Positions 18,173 to 28,035 are shown, counted from the stretch's first letter. The stretch is 64,000 nucleotides of DNA from Gammaproteobacteria bacterium (GCA_965116495.1 OZ220696.1:96001-160000); one strand, 5' to 3'. Made by a program: numbers and translations. Notes: generated by a model from the letters alone, not told the origin.

Positions 18173-19636
18173 TCAGCGCTCGTAGGACTCCCGGCGGGAG
18201 GATTCGGACAGGGGGACCAGGTACTTTTCCGGGTTGCCCAGAATCTTTGATCGCGCTGCTTGCAAGGAGGCTTCGCCGGCGTAGCTGATGGATGAACGCA
18301 GGTGCCCGCGGATACGATGTAGTATATCCTTGACGCTGCCTTTGTAGGGGACCTGTATCTCCTGGCCTTCGGGCGGGGTGTCCAGGGCTGCGTCCGTAGC
18401 CTCGGCGTTATCCGGGTCGTACAGTGATTCCAGCACCGCTTCCGGTGAAGTCATGCCGCGATAGATCTTCTTCTTGGTATGTGAGACAGGATCTTCGATG
18501 ACTCTGCCGGGCGCCTCGTCGGTGCCGGACAAGGTGCTGCCCAGCATGACTGTGGTTGCGCCGCATACCAGGGCGAGGAAGATATCCTTGTCCGTCTTGA
18601 CACCGCCGTCAGCCATAATGGGGATTGAATCTTCCAGGGTTTCCCAGGTCTCATGTATCGCCTGCAACTGCGGTACGCCGGCCGCGGTTTCCAGACGGGT
18701 ACGGCAACCCCGGCCCGGTCCAACGCCGACTTTCACCGCATCGGCGCCGATATCCCGTATAAACAGCGCTCCTTCAGCAGTGGCCACGTTGCCGCACACC
18801 AGGGGCACGTCGCCGAAACGTCCGCGAAATTCTCCGACGGCTTCTTCCATCACGGTGGAATGACCGTGGGCGATGTCAATGAACAGACAGTCCGCGCCAG
18901 CTTCCAGCAAGGCAGCGGAACGGTCCAGGTAGTCACCCCGCGCGCCGATGGCGGCAGCCACCAGCAGGTGTCCCTTGTCGTCCTTGCTGGAATAGGGGCG
19001 TTCCCGCAGTGAAAATATGTCGCGGCGCGTGATCAAACCGTGGATACGCCGTTCCGCGTCAACCAGCGGCAGGCGTTCGATGCGGTGTTCAAACAGGATT
19101 CTGGACGCCTGCCCGATGGAAATACCGGGATTATCGACAACGAGCCGGTCGAATGGTGTCATAAAGCGCTCTACAGGCTGGTCATCGTAGTCGCTGTTCC
19201 AGGGCATATCCCGCGACGACAGCAGGCCGGCCAGTATGTTGCTGCCGGGTTCAGTCTCGATAAGGATGCCGGTAATGGAATGGTTGCGGGCAAACTTCCT
19301 GGCCTGCTGGATGGTTGTGCCCAGCGGCAGACACAGGGGCTGGTTGATGACCGCGCTCTGGCTGCGCTTTATCTGCGCCACCTTGCGCGCCTGTCTCTCG
19401 ATAGTCATGGCGCGATGGATAACGCCTATGCCGCCTTCCATGGCCATGGCCCTGGTCATGTCCGCGCCGGTCACGCTGTCCATATTTGACGAGACTATGG
19501 GTAGTTCCAGGGAGAGGCTATTGGTCAAGACGGAGGTCAGGCTAATATCCCGGCGTGACTCCGTCATTCCTTTTTGCGGGCGAAACAGGAAATCGTCGAA
19601 GGTTTTTCCGGCCCAGAAGGCAGTATCTGTTGTCAT
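18173..19636 (-). CDS. IMPDH/GMP reductase-family protein with CBS pair and non-canonical active site
   Basis: TFDD, SSNMDSVT, GGIGVIH, CBS domains, IDIAHGHS, GNVAT, KVGVGPGRGCRTR, ADGG, YRGM, EG..VPYKG. Confidence 0.88.
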   Translation of the reverse strand: MTTDTAFWAGKTFDDFLFRPQKGMTESRRDISLTSVLTNSLSLELPIVSSNMDSVTGADMTRAMAMEGGIGVIHRAMTIERQARKVAQIKRSQSAVINQPLCLPLGTTIQQARKFARNHSITGILIETEPGSNILAGLLSSRDMPWNSDYDDQPVERFMTPFDRLVVDNPGISIGQASRILFEHRIERLPLVDAERRIHGLITRRDIFSLRERPYSSKDDKGHLLVAAAIGARGDYLDRSAALLEAGADCLFIDIAHGHSTVMEEAVGEFRGRFGDVPLVCGNVATAEGALFIRDIGADAVKVGVGPGRGCRTRLETAAGVPQLQAIHETWETLEDSIPIMADGGVKTDKDIFLALVCGATTVMLGSTLSGTDEAPGRVIEDPVSHTKKKIYRGMTSPEAVLESLYDPDNAEATDAALDTPPEGQEIQVPYKGSVKDILHRIRGHLRSSISYAGEASLQAARSKILGNPEKYLVPLSESSRRESYER

Positions 19637-19849
19637 GAGGCGATCAGGTGATTGGGCTGCGCTGAGATGTCTTTATGTTGACTTGCTGTTTTATTCAGGA
19701 AAACGGCAGGTAATCTAACAATTTCTGCACGGATGTTCAATGACTGCAAGAGTGACATGGACATTGGGAGTCGCCTGAATATAATATATTTGCATATAAA
19801 ATGAACTTTTTATTATAGAAAGCTGTCCGGCAAGCAGGGAACGAATAGC

Positions 19850-22800
19850 ATGGTTCATCCATCTCCAGGGGTAAAGATTGTGTTATTCCTCTGCGTGGCG
19901 CTGGGATTTCCCACTACCGGCTTGACCCAGGATGATGCCATCGAGGAAATCGTGGTAACCGGTTCCCACATCAAGGGTATGCACGCAGAGGAATCCCTGC
20001 CCGTCACCAGCTTATCGAGAGATGACCTCGCCTACGAGGGTTCCCCCACGATAATCGAACTCATCAAGAACCTGTCTTTCAGCCAGGGTGCGGACGGAGA
20101 GTCCGACTTCTTCCAGGCGGGCGCCGGTCCCGACCGGGCAACGGTGAACCTGCGCGGGCTCGGGCCAAGCCGTACCCTGGTGCTGGTCAACGGCCGCCGC
20201 ACTACCTGGTCGCCCCATGCCATCAGCGCCCAGGCCCAGTTGCTGGTCGACGTGAATATGTTGCCCTCCATCGCCATGGAGCGGGTTGAGATATTGCGGG
20301 AAGGGGCCGCGTCCACCTATGGCTCCGATGCCATCGCCGGGGTGATGAACTATATCACCCGCAGCGACTTCTCCGGGGTGGAGGTCTCAGCCGCTTACAA
20401 GGGCGTCGATGGTTCTGCCGGTGACACTGATGCGGGTGTCATTCTGGGTACGGACCTGTTGCAAAACAGGGGACACGCTGTCAGTTCCTTCAGTTATACG
20501 AGGCGCGGCCGGCTTGAACTCATCAAACGCGACTGGGCGGTGCTGCCCTACGAGGAGAATCCATTGGGTGGTTGGTCCAGCATCGGCCGGCCGTCAGTCG
20601 TGGTGCCTCTGGACCGCTGGAAGGCAGCGCCTGTTGGCGGTTTCACGGGGATGCTGGCCAGCGGCATCGTCGATCCGAATTGTGAAAAACTCGGCGGGGC
20701 GCGCACGAACAAGGGAGTGCTGGGTAATGAGAACGGCGGTTTCTGCCATTTCCAGTATACCCCGTTCTATAACATGACCGAGATAACAGAGCGCTGGCAG
20801 TGGTTCACGGAACTCTCCCTGGACCTGAATGACAGCACAACACTGTCGGGTGAGTTTCTCATGACGGACAGCCGCGTGCCCACATTCCATACTTCACCCT
20901 CTTATCCGCCCAACCGGCTGATTGATGAAAACCGGACCATTCGCGCCAACAACCCCGGCCTGGTGGACATGGCCGCCAGGTATCCGGACCTGTACGGCGA
21001 CTATGCCTGGTGCGACCGGGACTATTGCCGCTGGGCCGGCGACCCGGAACAGACCGCGGCCGGCATTCCCCCGGCCTGGCAGGAAACGGCCTGGTTCTTC
21101 GGCCGTTCCTACGGCCAGGACGGTCCGTTGCGCGGCACTGGGCAGCAGACTGAGTTGTGGCGCGGGAACCTCGTCCTTGAGGGATCTTTCGCCAATTACG
21201 ACTGGAACATGGCGGCCACCTGGTCCAGGTCGAGGCGGCAGGTTCATGCGGGAGATACGATGGTATACCGGGATGCCCGGGCGCGCCAGGGACTCGCCGG
21301 TACGGAGTGCGAACAACTGGTGCCCAACCGGTATGACGACAACGGCAGGCTATTTTTTCCCCTGGACACGCTCATGGCCCATGCCGGGCAAGGTCCCTGT
21401 CGTTACTGGATACCGTTTTCCAATTCCATGCCGGGTTCACACCCGTATGTCCCCGACGGCCTTGAAGCGAACCCGGATTACAATCCGGCGCTGAACAACC
21501 AGGATATCTACGCTTACATGGTGAACAACGACTATGGAAGTCGCGGCAATACCTCACTGCTGGTACTGGATTCCGTCATCTCCGGCATGCTGCCCTGGTG
21601 GAGTCTGCCCGGCGGCGAATTGAGCTTTGCCGCCGGTTTCCAGTGGCGCAGCGAAACCTATAAGATCACCCCCCTGGGTTTCAGTGATTTCGAACGTTTC
21701 CCCTGTGCAGCCGGCCCCGAGCTTAAGGATTGCACGACTGATCGAAACGGATTGTACAGCTTCCTTGCGCCCGGATCTCCTCTCGATGAAAAGCGTGATA
21801 TCTATTCCTTTTTCGGCGAACTGCAGGCTCCTGTGACCGATAGCCTGGAAGCCCATTTTTTTCTGCGCTATGAGGATTATGGCAGTTCGGTCGGTGCCAG
21901 TATCGATCCCAAATTCCACCTACACTGGCAGGCGTTGCCAGGTATCGGTCTGCGCGCGTCAGCCGGCACAACTTTCCGCGGACCGACGCTCAACCAGGTC
22001 GTTTCCCATAATTCTTCGAATTCATTCCAGTACGTTGCCGCGACCAGCGCCTTCAAGCGTATCGACACCAGGGGTAACCCGCAGCTTGAACCCGAGGAGG
22101 CGCTCACCTTCAACGCAGGCGTATTGATCGATCAAGACAGTCTCTTCCATGACGGGGACTACTTATCGCTCAGCGTTGATTACTGGTTATACGACTTCGA
22201 AAAGCCATTGGTGACCGAACCCTATAACGCGGTGCTGGCACAGGCCTGCCCGGGAACCGCAGCGGACCCCTGTGATGTGTCCAGTCCCTACTTCGAGCGG
22301 TTGTCATTCGCCGGCAACCCGGTCGCCGCCAACGTCGAGATCATCGATATCAATATCATCAACGGCCCTGATATCAGGACCGACGGCATCGATTTCAGCG
22401 GGCTTTACCAGCTGCAGCTGGGACCGGGACAGTTCAGTATCGGGTTCAGCGGGACCAGAATCCTGGGTTATGATATTGACGCCTGGGCACTGGGTGATGC
22501 CTACAATGCGCTCGGCCGTCTTAACTATACGACGTCCCTGGCGCGTACGCTGGTCAAGCTGAAGGCCCGGGGGTTCATGAATTACGCCTGGAAGTCCCTG
22601 AATGTGCGTTACAGTGCCAGCTATGCCGATGATTACGTGGACGTAGACAGGAAAATTGACAGCCATGTCACCCACGACATCCATGCAAACTACAGGTTGC
22701 TGCAGGACCGGCTGGAACTGTGGGCCTCGGTCGCCAACCTGCTGGATGAAGACCCGCCGTTTGTCCCCAGGGAGATGAACTACGATCCGTTCACCCACAA

Positions 22801-22852
22801 CCCTTACGGGCGTACGTTCAAGGTCGGTATCCGCTACCGGATGGGTGAGTAA
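19850..22852 (+). CDS. TonB-dependent outer-membrane receptor
   Basis: Signal peptide, IEEIVVTGS, NLRGLGPSRTLVLVNGRR, RVEILREGAASTYGSDAIAGVMN plug, GNPQLEPE, NLLDEDPP. Confidence 0.93.
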   Translation: MVHPSPGVKIVLFLCVALGFPTTGLTQDDAIEEIVVTGSHIKGMHAEESLPVTSLSRDDLAYEGSPTIIELIKNLSFSQGADGESDFFQAGAGPDRATVNLRGLGPSRTLVLVNGRRTTWSPHAISAQAQLLVDVNMLPSIAMERVEILREGAASTYGSDAIAGVMNYITRSDFSGVEVSAAYKGVDGSAGDTDAGVILGTDLLQNRGHAVSSFSYTRRGRLELIKRDWAVLPYEENPLGGWSSIGRPSVVVPLDRWKAAPVGGFTGMLASGIVDPNCEKLGGARTNKGVLGNENGGFCHFQYTPFYNMTEITERWQWFTELSLDLNDSTTLSGEFLMTDSRVPTFHTSPSYPPNRLIDENRTIRANNPGLVDMAARYPDLYGDYAWCDRDYCRWAGDPEQTAAGIPPAWQETAWFFGRSYGQDGPLRGTGQQTELWRGNLVLEGSFANYDWNMAATWSRSRRQVHAGDTMVYRDARARQGLAGTECEQLVPNRYDDNGRLFFPLDTLMAHAGQGPCRYWIPFSNSMPGSHPYVPDGLEANPDYNPALNNQDIYAYMVNNDYGSRGNTSLLVLDSVISGMLPWWSLPGGELSFAAGFQWRSETYKITPLGFSDFERFPCAAGPELKDCTTDRNGLYSFLAPGSPLDEKRDIYSFFGELQAPVTDSLEAHFFLRYEDYGSSVGASIDPKFHLHWQALPGIGLRASAGTTFRGPTLNQVVSHNSSNSFQYVAATSAFKRIDTRGNPQLEPEEALTFNAGVLIDQDSLFHDGDYLSLSVDYWLYDFEKPLVTEPYNAVLAQACPGTAADPCDVSSPYFERLSFAGNPVAANVEIIDINIINGPDIRTDGIDFSGLYQLQLGPGQFSIGFSGTRILGYDIDAWALGDAYNALGRLNYTTSLARTLVKLKARGFMNYAWKSLNVRYSASYADDYVDVDRKIDSHVTHDIHANYRLLQDRLELWASVANLLDEDPPFVPREMNYDPFTHNPYGRTFKVGIRYRMGE

Positions 22853-22871
22853 TACGGCGCCGGCCGGTTGC

Positions 22872-23741
22872 TTAACGCGGGTTGAAAACGGCAAGCAGTT
22901 CGCCGGCTTTGCCGCGGTTGCTCCCGTCGCGGCTGATGTTTCTCCTGACCTTGAACCGGGATATTTCTGCCTGCCTCCCGCCATATAACTCGCGTACCTG
23001 CCTGGTATTGTGGTTTGAGATCACAACCTGTATCCCGTTGTGCGCCAGTTCGCAGGCGGCATCCGCCAGCCGTACCTGGTCCTCCCAGGTAAAACCTGCC
23101 GTGTGGTAGCCGGTAAAGTGCGCGGTATCCGACAAAGGGACATACGGTGGGTCGCAATAGACCGCATCGCCGGGTTGCGCCGTTGCCATGCTCTCGTGGA
23201 AACGGGCTTGCAGCAGGGTGGTGTTGTGTGCGCGTGCGGCAAAGGCCTGCATTTCTTTTTCGGGGAAGTAGGGCTTGTCATAGCGGCCAAACGGCGTATT
23301 GAACCCGCCCTTGCCGTTGTAGCGGCATAAACCGTTATAGCCGTGCCGGTTGAGATACAGAAAAAGCGCCGATTTCCTTCGGCTGTTACGGGTTTCATTA
23401 AATTCGTCGCGATAAGCGTAATAGCTGTCCCCGTTGTTGTGCCTGGCGTCAAAAAAACCCCGGCAATAGCGGATGAAAGAGGATCCCTCTTCGAGTAATT
23501 GTGTGTATAGGCCGATCAGGTCGGGGTTGGCGTCCGCCAGCAGGTAGGCGTCGTAACCGGTATTGAGGAAGACCGCGCCGGAACCGACAAACGGTTCTAT
23601 CAACCGTTTCCCCGGCTGCAAGGCCTTGCGTATTCTCGGCAGGAGCCGGTATTTCCCTCCGGGCCATTTCAAGAATGGCCTTATGTTAACCCCGGATTCC
23701 TCACCAGTTCGTCCGGTGGCAGGCTGAGGCTTATGACCCAT
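22872..23741 (-). CDS. dam: Dam-family DNA adenine methyltransferase
   Basis: PFLKWPGGK, EPFVGSGAV, LYLNRHGYNGLCRYN, YCDPPY, ISN; start uncertain because it lies in a repeat. Confidence 0.9.
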   Translation of the reverse strand: MGHKPQPATGRTGEESGVNIRPFLKWPGGKYRLLPRIRKALQPGKRLIEPFVGSGAVFLNTGYDAYLLADANPDLIGLYTQLLEEGSSFIRYCRGFFDARHNNGDSYYAYRDEFNETRNSRRKSALFLYLNRHGYNGLCRYNGKGGFNTPFGRYDKPYFPEKEMQAFAARAHNTTLLQARFHESMATAQPGDAVYCDPPYVPLSDTAHFTGYHTAGFTWEDQVRLADAACELAHNGIQVVISNHNTRQVRELYGGRQAEISRFKVRRNISRDGSNRGKAGELLAVFNPR

Positions 23742-23770
23742 CGCATCAATTGGCTGGAAGTCCGGGCTAC
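23690..23770. repeat. TAGCCCGGATTCC-type element (family E) between bolA and dam
   Basis: CCCGGATTCCTCACCA ... GGAAGTCCGGGCTAC; resembles 33678-33813. Confidence 0.6.
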
Positions 23771-24048
23771 CCGCTTGCCGGCGTGTCTTCTTCCGGAGTG
23801 CGCGCCTTGATGCTCAGCGCGTGAATTTCTCCCGGCATCATGTCATCGACTGCCTGGTAGACCAGGCGGTGCCGCTGCAGGGTGGAATGCCCCCGGAACC
23901 GGGAACTGGTGATTTGGACGGAAAAGTGGCCGCCCCCGGCCGCGGCGCCGGCATGTCCGGCGTGCAGGTGGGAATCATCAGTTATTTCCAGCCGTTCCGG
24001 CGCCAGGGACTGTTCTAGTTTCGATTTGATGGTCTCCACCCTGTTCAT
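23767..24048 (-). CDS. bolA: BolA family protein
   Basis: DDSHLHAGH, F.G.S.LQRHRLVY, IHALSI. Confidence 0.93.
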   Translation of the reverse strand: MNRVETIKSKLEQSLAPERLEITDDSHLHAGHAGAAAGGGHFSVQITSSRFRGHSTLQRHRLVYQAVDDMMPGEIHALSIKARTPEEDTPASG

Positions 24049-24049
24049 G

Positions 24050-24613
24050 TCATTTCTTGCCGGCTTGCGGTTGTTCTATCGCGTAACGGGACAGGAAGAC
24101 GGCGACGCCTGTCAGGTAGACTATGTTCAATAACAGGAAACCGAACAATTTGAACATGGCCCAGGTTTCAGTGCTGAAGTTATAGGCGACAAACAGGTTG
24201 ATGAAGCCGCATAACAGGAAGAAGCCTGCAAAGGACAAGTTAACCCGGCGCCAGATGTTGCGCGGGGCATCGAACACCTGTCCCAGCAGCCGCGCTGACA
24301 GGTTACGGCTGCCGATGTAATCACTTGCCAGGAACGACAGGGAGAAAACCCAGAACACGATGGTCGGTTTCCATTTGATAAACCGCTCATCCTTGAGCAA
24401 TAAAGTAGCGCCCCCCAGGACCAGTACCACCAGGAAAATTACGACATACTGCTTTTCTATTTTTTTGGTAATGAGCCAGCCCAGGAATATCTGCAGGAAC
24501 GACGTCGCTATCAGTACTTTAGTCGCCAGGTAGATTCCCTCCTGCCGGTCTTCGGGGATGAACAGCGCAACCAGGAAAGCCAGTCCGGGCAAAAAATCCA
24601 GGAAAAATTTCAT
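24050..24613 (-). CDS. yciB: Inner-membrane protein YciB (IspZ family)
   Basis: MKFFLDFLP, GGATLLL.DERFIKWKPT, W..FKLFG. Confidence 0.9.
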   Translation of the reverse strand: MKFFLDFLPGLAFLVALFIPEDRQEGIYLATKVLIATSFLQIFLGWLITKKIEKQYVVIFLVVLVLGGATLLLKDERFIKWKPTIVFWVFSLSFLASDYIGSRNLSARLLGQVFDAPRNIWRRVNLSFAGFFLLCGFINLFVAYNFSTETWAMFKLFGFLLLNIVYLTGVAVFLSRYAIEQPQAGKK

Positions 24614-24647
24614 ATTGTCGGGTCAGAAGTAATATCATAGTCAGTAT

Positions 24648-25286
24648 ATGGCCCAGTATTTTAAAATCCACCCTGAAAATCCACAAGTGCGATTATTGAA
24701 CCAGGCTGCATCTATCCTGCAGCAGGGTGGTGTCATTGCCTATCCGACCGACTCCTGTTTTGCCCTGGGCTGTCTGCCGGGCAACAAAAGCGCGTTTGAA
24801 CGAATACTTTCCATACGCCGTTTGGATCAGAAACACAATTTTACATTACTCTGTTCGGACATGACGACCGTCGGGACCCTGGCAAAACCAGATAACAGGG
24901 CATTCCGGCTGATAAAACGCGTGACACCCGGCCCTTACACGTTTTTATTACGGGCGTCCCGCCAGGTGCCCCGGTATATTCAACACCCGAAAAAAAAGAC
25001 TATCGGAATAAGGATACCGGCCCATGAAACACTGCTGGCCTTACTTGACCTGGTGGCAGAACCGGTTTTGAGCACCAGCCTGATCTTGCCGCACAATGAC
25101 ACACCCGAGACCGATCCCGAAGAGATTTGCACCAGGCTGGGCCGGGGCGTTGACCTGGTGATCGACACCGGTCCCTGCGGGACGGAGTTGACCACGGTCA
25201 TCGACCTGACGTCCGACACGGTTGAAATCGTGCGCCAGGGCCACGGGGATTTACCTGAACCTGTCAGTGCTTTGGCTTCTCTGTGA
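24648..25286 (+). CDS. yciO: Sua5/YciO/YrdC-family protein
   Basis: MAQYFKIHPENPQ, YPTDSC.ALGC, PGPYTF, TIGIRIP. Confidence 0.9.
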   Translation: MAQYFKIHPENPQVRLLNQAASILQQGGVIAYPTDSCFALGCLPGNKSAFERILSIRRLDQKHNFTLLCSDMTTVGTLAKPDNRAFRLIKRVTPGPYTFLLRASRQVPRYIQHPKKKTIGIRIPAHETLLALLDLVAEPVLSTSLILPHNDTPETDPEEICTRLGRGVDLVIDTGPCGTELTTVIDLTSDTVEIVRQGHGDLPEPVSALASL

Positions 25287-25338
25287 CAGGGCAATTCTGT
25301 GGTAATCTGCGGATAAACAACAAATAAAGGGGATAATA

Positions 25339-26550
25339 TTGGTAACTTCAGCTAACCAGCGGGTGATGTCCGGGATGAGACCGACCGGCGCCCTGCATCT
25401 TGGTCACTATCACGGCGTATTGAAGAACTGGGTCAGGTTACAGAACGAATACGAATGTTTTTTCAGTGTCGTTGACTGGCATGCCCTGACGACAGAGTAC
25501 GAAACGCCCGATAAGGTGGAGAAAAATGTCTGGGAGATGATCATCGACTGGCTGGCGGTGGGCATCAATCCGGGTTCGGCGAAGTTGTACATCCAGTCAC
25601 GCATCCCGGAACACGCGGAACTGCACCTGCTACTGTCCATGATCACTCCGCAAAGCTGGCTTGAGCGGGTCCCTTCGTACAAGGAACAACAGGAACGCCT
25701 GCGCGACAAGGACCTGACCACCTACGGCTTCCTGGGTTATCCGCTGCTGCAAACCGCCGATATCATCATATTCAAGGCCAGCTACGTCCCGGTAGGTGAA
25801 GACCAGGTAGCCCACGTGGAAATGGCCCGTGAGGTGGCTCGGCGCTTCAATTACCTGTACGGTCGTGATCCCGGGTTCGAAAAAAAGGCGGAGAAAGCCG
25901 CCAGGAAAATGGGTAAGAAGAACAACAAGCTGTACTTTGACCTGTTAAAGAAATACCAGGAAAAGGGAGACGTCCAGGCCTTGGAAAAAGCCAGGGCGCT
26001 GGTGGAAACGCAGCAGAATATCAGCATCGGTGACCGCGAACGCCTGGTCGGGTACCTGGAAGGCGGCGGGAAAATGATCTTTCCCGAACCCCGGGCGCTG
26101 TTGACCGAGGCGCCTAAAATGCCAGGTACGGACGGGCAGAAGATGTCAAAATCCTACAACAACACCATTTCACTGAGGGAAAATGCCGGCAGTGTGGAAA
26201 ACAAGGTGCGGACCATGCCTACCGATCCGGCCCGGATAAGGCGTAATGATCCGGGCGACCCGGAGAAATGTCCCGTGTGGGACCTGCATAAGGTCTATTC
26301 CGGCGCCGATCTCAGGAAGTGGGTACAGGAAGGTTGCCGCAGTGCCGGGATAGGGTGCCTGGATTGTAAAAAACCCCTGATAGACGCCATTCTCAAGGAG
26401 CAGGCGGTTATCAGGGAGCGGGCCGATGAATACATCAACGACCCGGAGACCGTGCGCGCCATCATTAACGAGGGGTGTGAATCGGCACGGGATATGGCCA
26501 GGGAAACCCTGACGGAGGTGCGCGAGGCCATGGGGCTGGATTATGGCTGA
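25339..26550 (+). CDS. trpS: Tryptophan--tRNA ligase
   Basis: SGMRPTGALHLGH, YPLLQTADI, VPVGEDQ, KMSKS. Confidence 0.96.
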   Translation: MVTSANQRVMSGMRPTGALHLGHYHGVLKNWVRLQNEYECFFSVVDWHALTTEYETPDKVEKNVWEMIIDWLAVGINPGSAKLYIQSRIPEHAELHLLLSMITPQSWLERVPSYKEQQERLRDKDLTTYGFLGYPLLQTADIIIFKASYVPVGEDQVAHVEMAREVARRFNYLYGRDPGFEKKAEKAARKMGKKNNKLYFDLLKKYQEKGDVQALEKARALVETQQNISIGDRERLVGYLEGGGKMIFPEPRALLTEAPKMPGTDGQKMSKSYNNTISLRENAGSVENKVRTMPTDPARIRRNDPGDPEKCPVWDLHKVYSGADLRKWVQEGCRSAGIGCLDCKKPLIDAILKEQAVIRERADEYINDPETVRAIINEGCESARDMARETLTEVREAMGLDYG

Positions 26551-27358
26551 CCCGGTAACAGGTCCCCGGCAGGGCAGCGCCACGCAGGAGGAAATGCCCT
26601 TTGCGGTAGTGCAGGGCGTTCCTGTGAGCGAAATTCCCAAGGACCTGTATATTCCGCCGGATGCACTGGAAGTATTCCTGGAAGCATTCGCCGGCCCGCT
26701 GGACTTGTTGCTGTACCTGATCAAACGCCAGAACCTGGACATCCTCGATATACCCATTGCCAGGGTGACGGAGCAATATATGGGTTACATCGAATTGATG
26801 GAGGTACTACAGCTGGAACTGGCCGGGGAATACCTGGTCATGGCGGCTATGCTGGCCGAGATTAAATCGAGAATGCTGCTGCCGCGCCCGGTCCAGGATG
26901 ATGAGGAGGAGGACCCGCGCGCGGAACTGGTGCGCCGCTTGCAGGAATACGAAATTTACAAGCAGGCGGCACAGGATATCGATGAATTGCCGCGGCTTGG
27001 CCGTGACTGCTTTGCGGCAATCATTGATTTTCCGGATAAGAGCATTCGCACTCGCCCGCCCGAAGTGTCACTGGATGTTATTTTGCAGACGTTTGCGGAG
27101 GTCCTGCAGCGCGCCGAAGTGTATTCCCACCATCATATCCAGCGCGAACCCTTGTCGGTCAGGGAACGCATGGTATCCATACTGGACCGGATCGGTGCAG
27201 AGGATTTTACCGATTTCAAGGATCTGTTTGTGGTCGAAGAGGGCAAGGCCGGGGTCATCGTGGTCTTGCTGGCCATACTGGAACTGGCAAAAGAAGCCCT
27301 GATCGACATGGTGCAGAACGAAACCAACGGGCCGATCTACATCAAGTCTGTAGTATGA
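26543..27358 (+). CDS. scpA: Segregation and condensation protein A
   Basis: LEAFAGPLDLLLYLI, EYLVMAAMLAEIKSRMLLP, DPRAELVRRL. Confidence 0.94.
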   Translation: MADPVTGPRQGSATQEEMPFAVVQGVPVSEIPKDLYIPPDALEVFLEAFAGPLDLLLYLIKRQNLDILDIPIARVTEQYMGYIELMEVLQLELAGEYLVMAAMLAEIKSRMLLPRPVQDDEEEDPRAELVRRLQEYEIYKQAAQDIDELPRLGRDCFAAIIDFPDKSIRTRPPEVSLDVILQTFAEVLQRAEVYSHHHIQREPLSVRERMVSILDRIGAEDFTDFKDLFVVEEGKAGVIVVLLAILELAKEALIDMVQNETNGPIYIKSVV

Positions 27359-28035
27359 ATCACGCCGAATTGAAAAAGCTGGTGGAAGCCGCGCTGATGG
27401 TGATTGCCCAGCCCCTGAGTATCAGCGACATGTTATCCATGTTCGAGGATGACCTGGAGAAGCCCGGCCGTAATGAAGTCAGGAAAGCGCTGGATGAGTT
27501 ACGCGAAGACTATGCCGAACGCGGCGTGGAACTGAAGGAGGTGGCCAGTGGTTTTCGTTTTCAGGCCCGTTCGGATTTTGCGGGATGGATAAACCGGTTG
27601 TATGACGAAAGACCCCAGCGCTATTCCCAGGCGCTGCTGGAAACCCTGGCCATTATTGCCTACCAGCAACCCGTAACCCGAGGCGAAATTGAGAATATCC
27701 GCGGCGTCAGTCTCAGCACCGGCATTGTCCGCACCCTGTTTGAACGTGAATGGATAAAGGTAGTGGGTCACCGGGATGCGCCGGGTCATCCCGAGTTACT
27801 GGCAACTACGAAGCAGTTTCTTGATTATTTCAACCTGAAGGAACTGGCGGAATTGCCGTCACTGGGAGAGATAAAGGACATTGACCAAATCGAACCCGAC
27901 CTGTTTGAAAGCGTGGATCAAGCGCTGGATACCGGGGTGCAGCCTGCCCCTGAAGTTGCGGAGGAGGGTTCTGCCGAAGGCGTGTTCGAGGAGAGTAACA
28001 TCATTCCCTTTTCCAACCAGCCCGGTAGTGGCTGA
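27355..28035 (+). CDS. scpB: Segregation and condensation protein B
   Basis: SQALLETLAIIAYQQPVTRGEIENIRGV, TT..FLDYF. Confidence 0.95.
   Translation: MNHAELKKLVEAALMVIAQPLSISDMLSMFEDDLEKPGRNEVRKALDELREDYAERGVELKEVASGFRFQARSDFAGWINRLYDERPQRYSQALLETLAIIAYQQPVTRGEIENIRGVSLSTGIVRTLFEREWIKVVGHRDAPGHPELLATTKQFLDYFNLKELAELPSLGEIKDIDQIEPDLFESVDQALDTGVQPAPEVAEEGSAEGVFEESNIIPFSNQPGSG

Larger units (their letters stand above)
16530..18210. mobile_element. Eroded islet bounded by a 39-bp direct repeat (3' end of the IMPDH-like gene)
   Basis: ATCAGCGCTCGTAGGACTCCCGGCGGGAGGATTCGGACA at both 16530-16568 and 18172-18210; interior visibly AT-richer. Confidence 0.82.

Noticed and set aside
18173-19636. Calling this gene guaB
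   Set aside because: The catalytic loop and flap deviate from IMPDH and guaA is not adjacent, so the symbol was withheld
19770-19820. Fur box upstream of the TonB receptor
   Set aside because: AT-rich, but I could not align a convincing GATAATGATAATCATTATC match
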